Shown in pieces: positions 61,093 through 64,000 of a DNA stretch of 64,000 bases (the first letter of the stretch is position 1; the number at the start of each line of letters is the position of its first letter). This DNA is from Hydrolagus colliei (lineage: Eukaryota). A program made the position numbers and the translations under genes. The notes under the pieces were generated by a model. It made no database searches, had not been told where the DNA came from, and saw nothing but the letters and a program-made list of their open reading frames with translations. The DNA lies in NCBI GenBank assembly GCA_035084275.1, contig CM068756.1:5704001-5768000 (forward strand). The letters are read 5' to 3'.

Positions 61093-64000
61093 CATAAAGA
61101 TCTATAAGTTAAGGAATATTATCAAGGATTATTATATAAATTACATGTTGGGGTAAAAGCGGCAGAAAGTTGTGCACAATAAGATTGGAAATCATTAAAA
61201 AGACCACTTCAGTGGCGCAGAGATGCATTCACTTGCTGAGTTCTTTCAGAATAAGAAAAAAAAATACCGTATGTTTGCTTCTGGAGCTGAGGGAAGATGA
61301 AAGAGGCAACATGAAAACAATGGCATCTTCTTTGTTAAGAAATATACAAACTGCTGTCAGAACAGGTTTGCTGGGAGGCATGGGAAAGTGCAGAAACATG
61401 GCTAATACGTGTTCAGTGGTTACCAAGTGTGCCGACACTCCAAGAAGAGATTGGCCTAGGTCAGATAGGGAACCAAAGAAGTGGTTGCTTGCTGAGTTGA
61501 GCCAGACGTGAAAGGGAAATTGTGACTAGAATCTGGAGGAATGCGGTGATAACTTATTTTTTATTGCTGTTAATTCCATAAAAGGGAAAATACATAAATG
61601 CATTTGGAAGATTTATTGTTCCGCAATGCAAAATACCAATTTATATTTAATAAGAGTCATAACACTTGTTAATAGCACAGCAAATGTAGGCACTAGTGAA
61701 TACTTTTATTTATTATGCAAAAAAGAATGAGACACTCTTTCAACCATGTCAGTATGTAAAGCTGGTTATACTTCAAACCAGTGTGATGCCTTGAAAGAAG
61801 GTTCTCTTGATCTTAAGTGATTCATCTCTCGCTTGTCATATTTCAGATCATTATAAGGGGAGTGTCATTATACACAGATGACACAATCACATTTGACATT
61901 ACAAATGTATATTTTATCTGGGTTTTATTACAACTAAGATGTAACAGGCTCAGTTGCCGGTCTTTGCTGAGACAGCTGATCACAGCTGGAACAACAGTGG
62001 GAGTCCTACAATTGGGCTGTACCACCAGAATGAAGAATAAGAATCAGTTAGAATTCCCACCATTGGTAGCTGGTCCGAAGATCCTTGCTTGAAAGGGGAG
62101 GATAGTTTTGTCCTCAACAAGGATGTAGCCCATGATTAAATAATCTCCCCAAATTCAGGTTGAAAACTGCTAGACAAGGGAGGAAAAGGTTGCTGACCCC
62201 CTTGCATCATAGGATGATGTATCATTGGAGGAGAGACAACTGGAGAGAAAAAAAAGTTGATATGAAAGAATGAAAAGGCTCAGAGAGCTGAAGAAATAAT
62301 TTGCACGTCCATCAGCCATCGGCACAAGCTTATAATGTCACCATCCATGATGGGTTCATGATGGCATTTTCAGAACAGCCCTCAACACTTGGGTGTTGCA
62401 GGAAACCAACTCCCCAAACATCCTTAAAGTACAATGTTGCTTCTTCCCACGGGAAAACAGACCAAGCGCAACTGGTCTGGCCTTAGCCCAGAACCCCAGA
62501 AATTAAAATAATAGTAATAGTCAAAGAAAATCACCAGGAACTTAAAAAAATTATTAAACTGCAATGTGTACCGAGAAACATTGATCATCCATTTACATCT
62601 GGGTGAGTGAACACACTTCATTCCTGAATAATTCATCAAACACAATTAAAAATAAAAATAACTTCCCAAAAGAAAAAAAACTTCAAGTAAAGAGTAATGA
62701 TTATGCCATGACAGCTGATTTAACTCAAAATCTTTATGCCATAAACAATGTGAAGTTATGCAAATCAGCTGATTCGCTCAAAGCTATGCATGAAAATCAA
62801 AGGATATCAGTATTCAAACTGACTATGAAATGCTGATTACTTGACAAATATTATAAAGTATGTATTCTTTTCTCCCTTTCTTAGATAAATTATCTATTTG
62901 TTTAATAATGAAATTGGATTCTCCTTTTAATTAAATTGCTATGCATGATGTTAGCGGTGGTGTCAATTTCTCTGCTTCTCTATCATTCCTCATTCATGTC
63001 TGGAGGTTCTGATGGGTGTGACATTGGTCTAGTGTCAACTTTATAGATTGCACAGGACAATTTTTAGCACATCAGTGTCAGCTCAATGGTTGTAATATGC
63101 TTAAAACATTTGAGGACATTTATTTAATCTGAAGAGATTTTCTTTACGTCAGTGATGAGAGTTGTTTACCCATGTAAATATTTTATTTTGGTGTCTGTAT
63201 ACATCATATCTATTTATCATTTCACTAGGTATGGTTGGTGCAAAGCGTGTTTGCCTTTAATTTCTGTGACTAACTTGAATTGTGAGTTACTTGAGCTTTG
63301 CTGTGCCATGTATCCTTCCTTTCTCTACAATGGCCTCTACTTGAAGAGCTTTGTCAGCATCTTCTCAGCGGGATCAAGGATTCATGAACAGTGATTCCCT
63401 TGTCAGTTACTTGTTGAGATTGACAGATAAGAAGAAACTCAAACTCTGCAGCCTTTTTGTGTCATTCCAATGTGTTTATGGTTATCCGCATTGCACATGA
63501 AAGGCTGAGCCACCATCGATAACTTCACCATCAATAACTTGGACCAGGTTATGCCCTCGTGCACTAGAAAATATACCCCTATTGCCACTTAATAGTTCTA
63601 TTGCAATAATCAGTCATTGCATTTTTGGGTTAGTAGACATCTCATTTGGGCTGATTGTGACTTGTATTTGAACTGTTATGTTTATTGCTGCCAGAATGAC
63701 TACTAAATGGAGGTTAAATAAATAGCTGCAATGACAATTTGGGCAAATATACATACCAGTGCCATAAACCTCAATGCTCATCAAGAGGGAGATCCAGATC
63801 CCCTTGTTGCAATTGAATTGAACTGCATCAAAGTTTGTTTTATCATAGCAAGAGAAGACAGCCTGATACAGTGATAAACCATCAATATGAAAATATTGAA
63901 TTTTACCACTCCATATCATAGGCTCTTCTGATGTATGTAACATTAAGATTATGTTTCATTTTGGCCAGCAAATCACAATGCAGCAGTCTTCTTATCAGAC

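Noticed and set aside
1-64000. CRISPR array or prokaryotic defence/operon system
   Set aside because: The recurring ~30-70-nt motifs are dispersed retroelement tails in both orientations, not regularly spaced repeats; there is no gene-dense or long-ORF structure.

Overview
Eukaryotic, AT-rich, essentially non-coding vertebrate DNA (intergenic or deep intronic). I found no recognisable protein-coding gene, rRNA, genuine tRNA gene, operon or CRISPR array. The short ORFs in the track are noise or pieces of decayed LINE ORF2. The repeats point to a cartilaginous fish, plausibly a holocephalan such as Callorhinchus milii (inference from repeat resemblance, not a database result). They comprise: a young tRNA-headed SINE with an L2-type (ATT)n tail, older DeuSINE (SacSINE1/AmnSINE1-like) copies, a second ancient tRNA-SINE family, many L2 3' tails with (GTT)n, CR1 fragments, a Tc1/mariner (Tigger-like) MITE and a hAT (Charlie-like) MITE. 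The most notable observations are: (i) a covarying two-tier stem-loop shared by the SINE and L2 tails, with most solo tails starting at the base of that stem; (ii) a tail-to-tail SINE hairpin; (iii) a palindrome/duplication scar beside the Tigger-like MITE; and (iv) several repeat-free, homeodomain-motif-rich or CpG-retaining blocks that may be conserved enhancers, plus one candidate promoter and one candidate exon. I could not support a novel protein-based system. Boundaries of degraded repeats are approximate.
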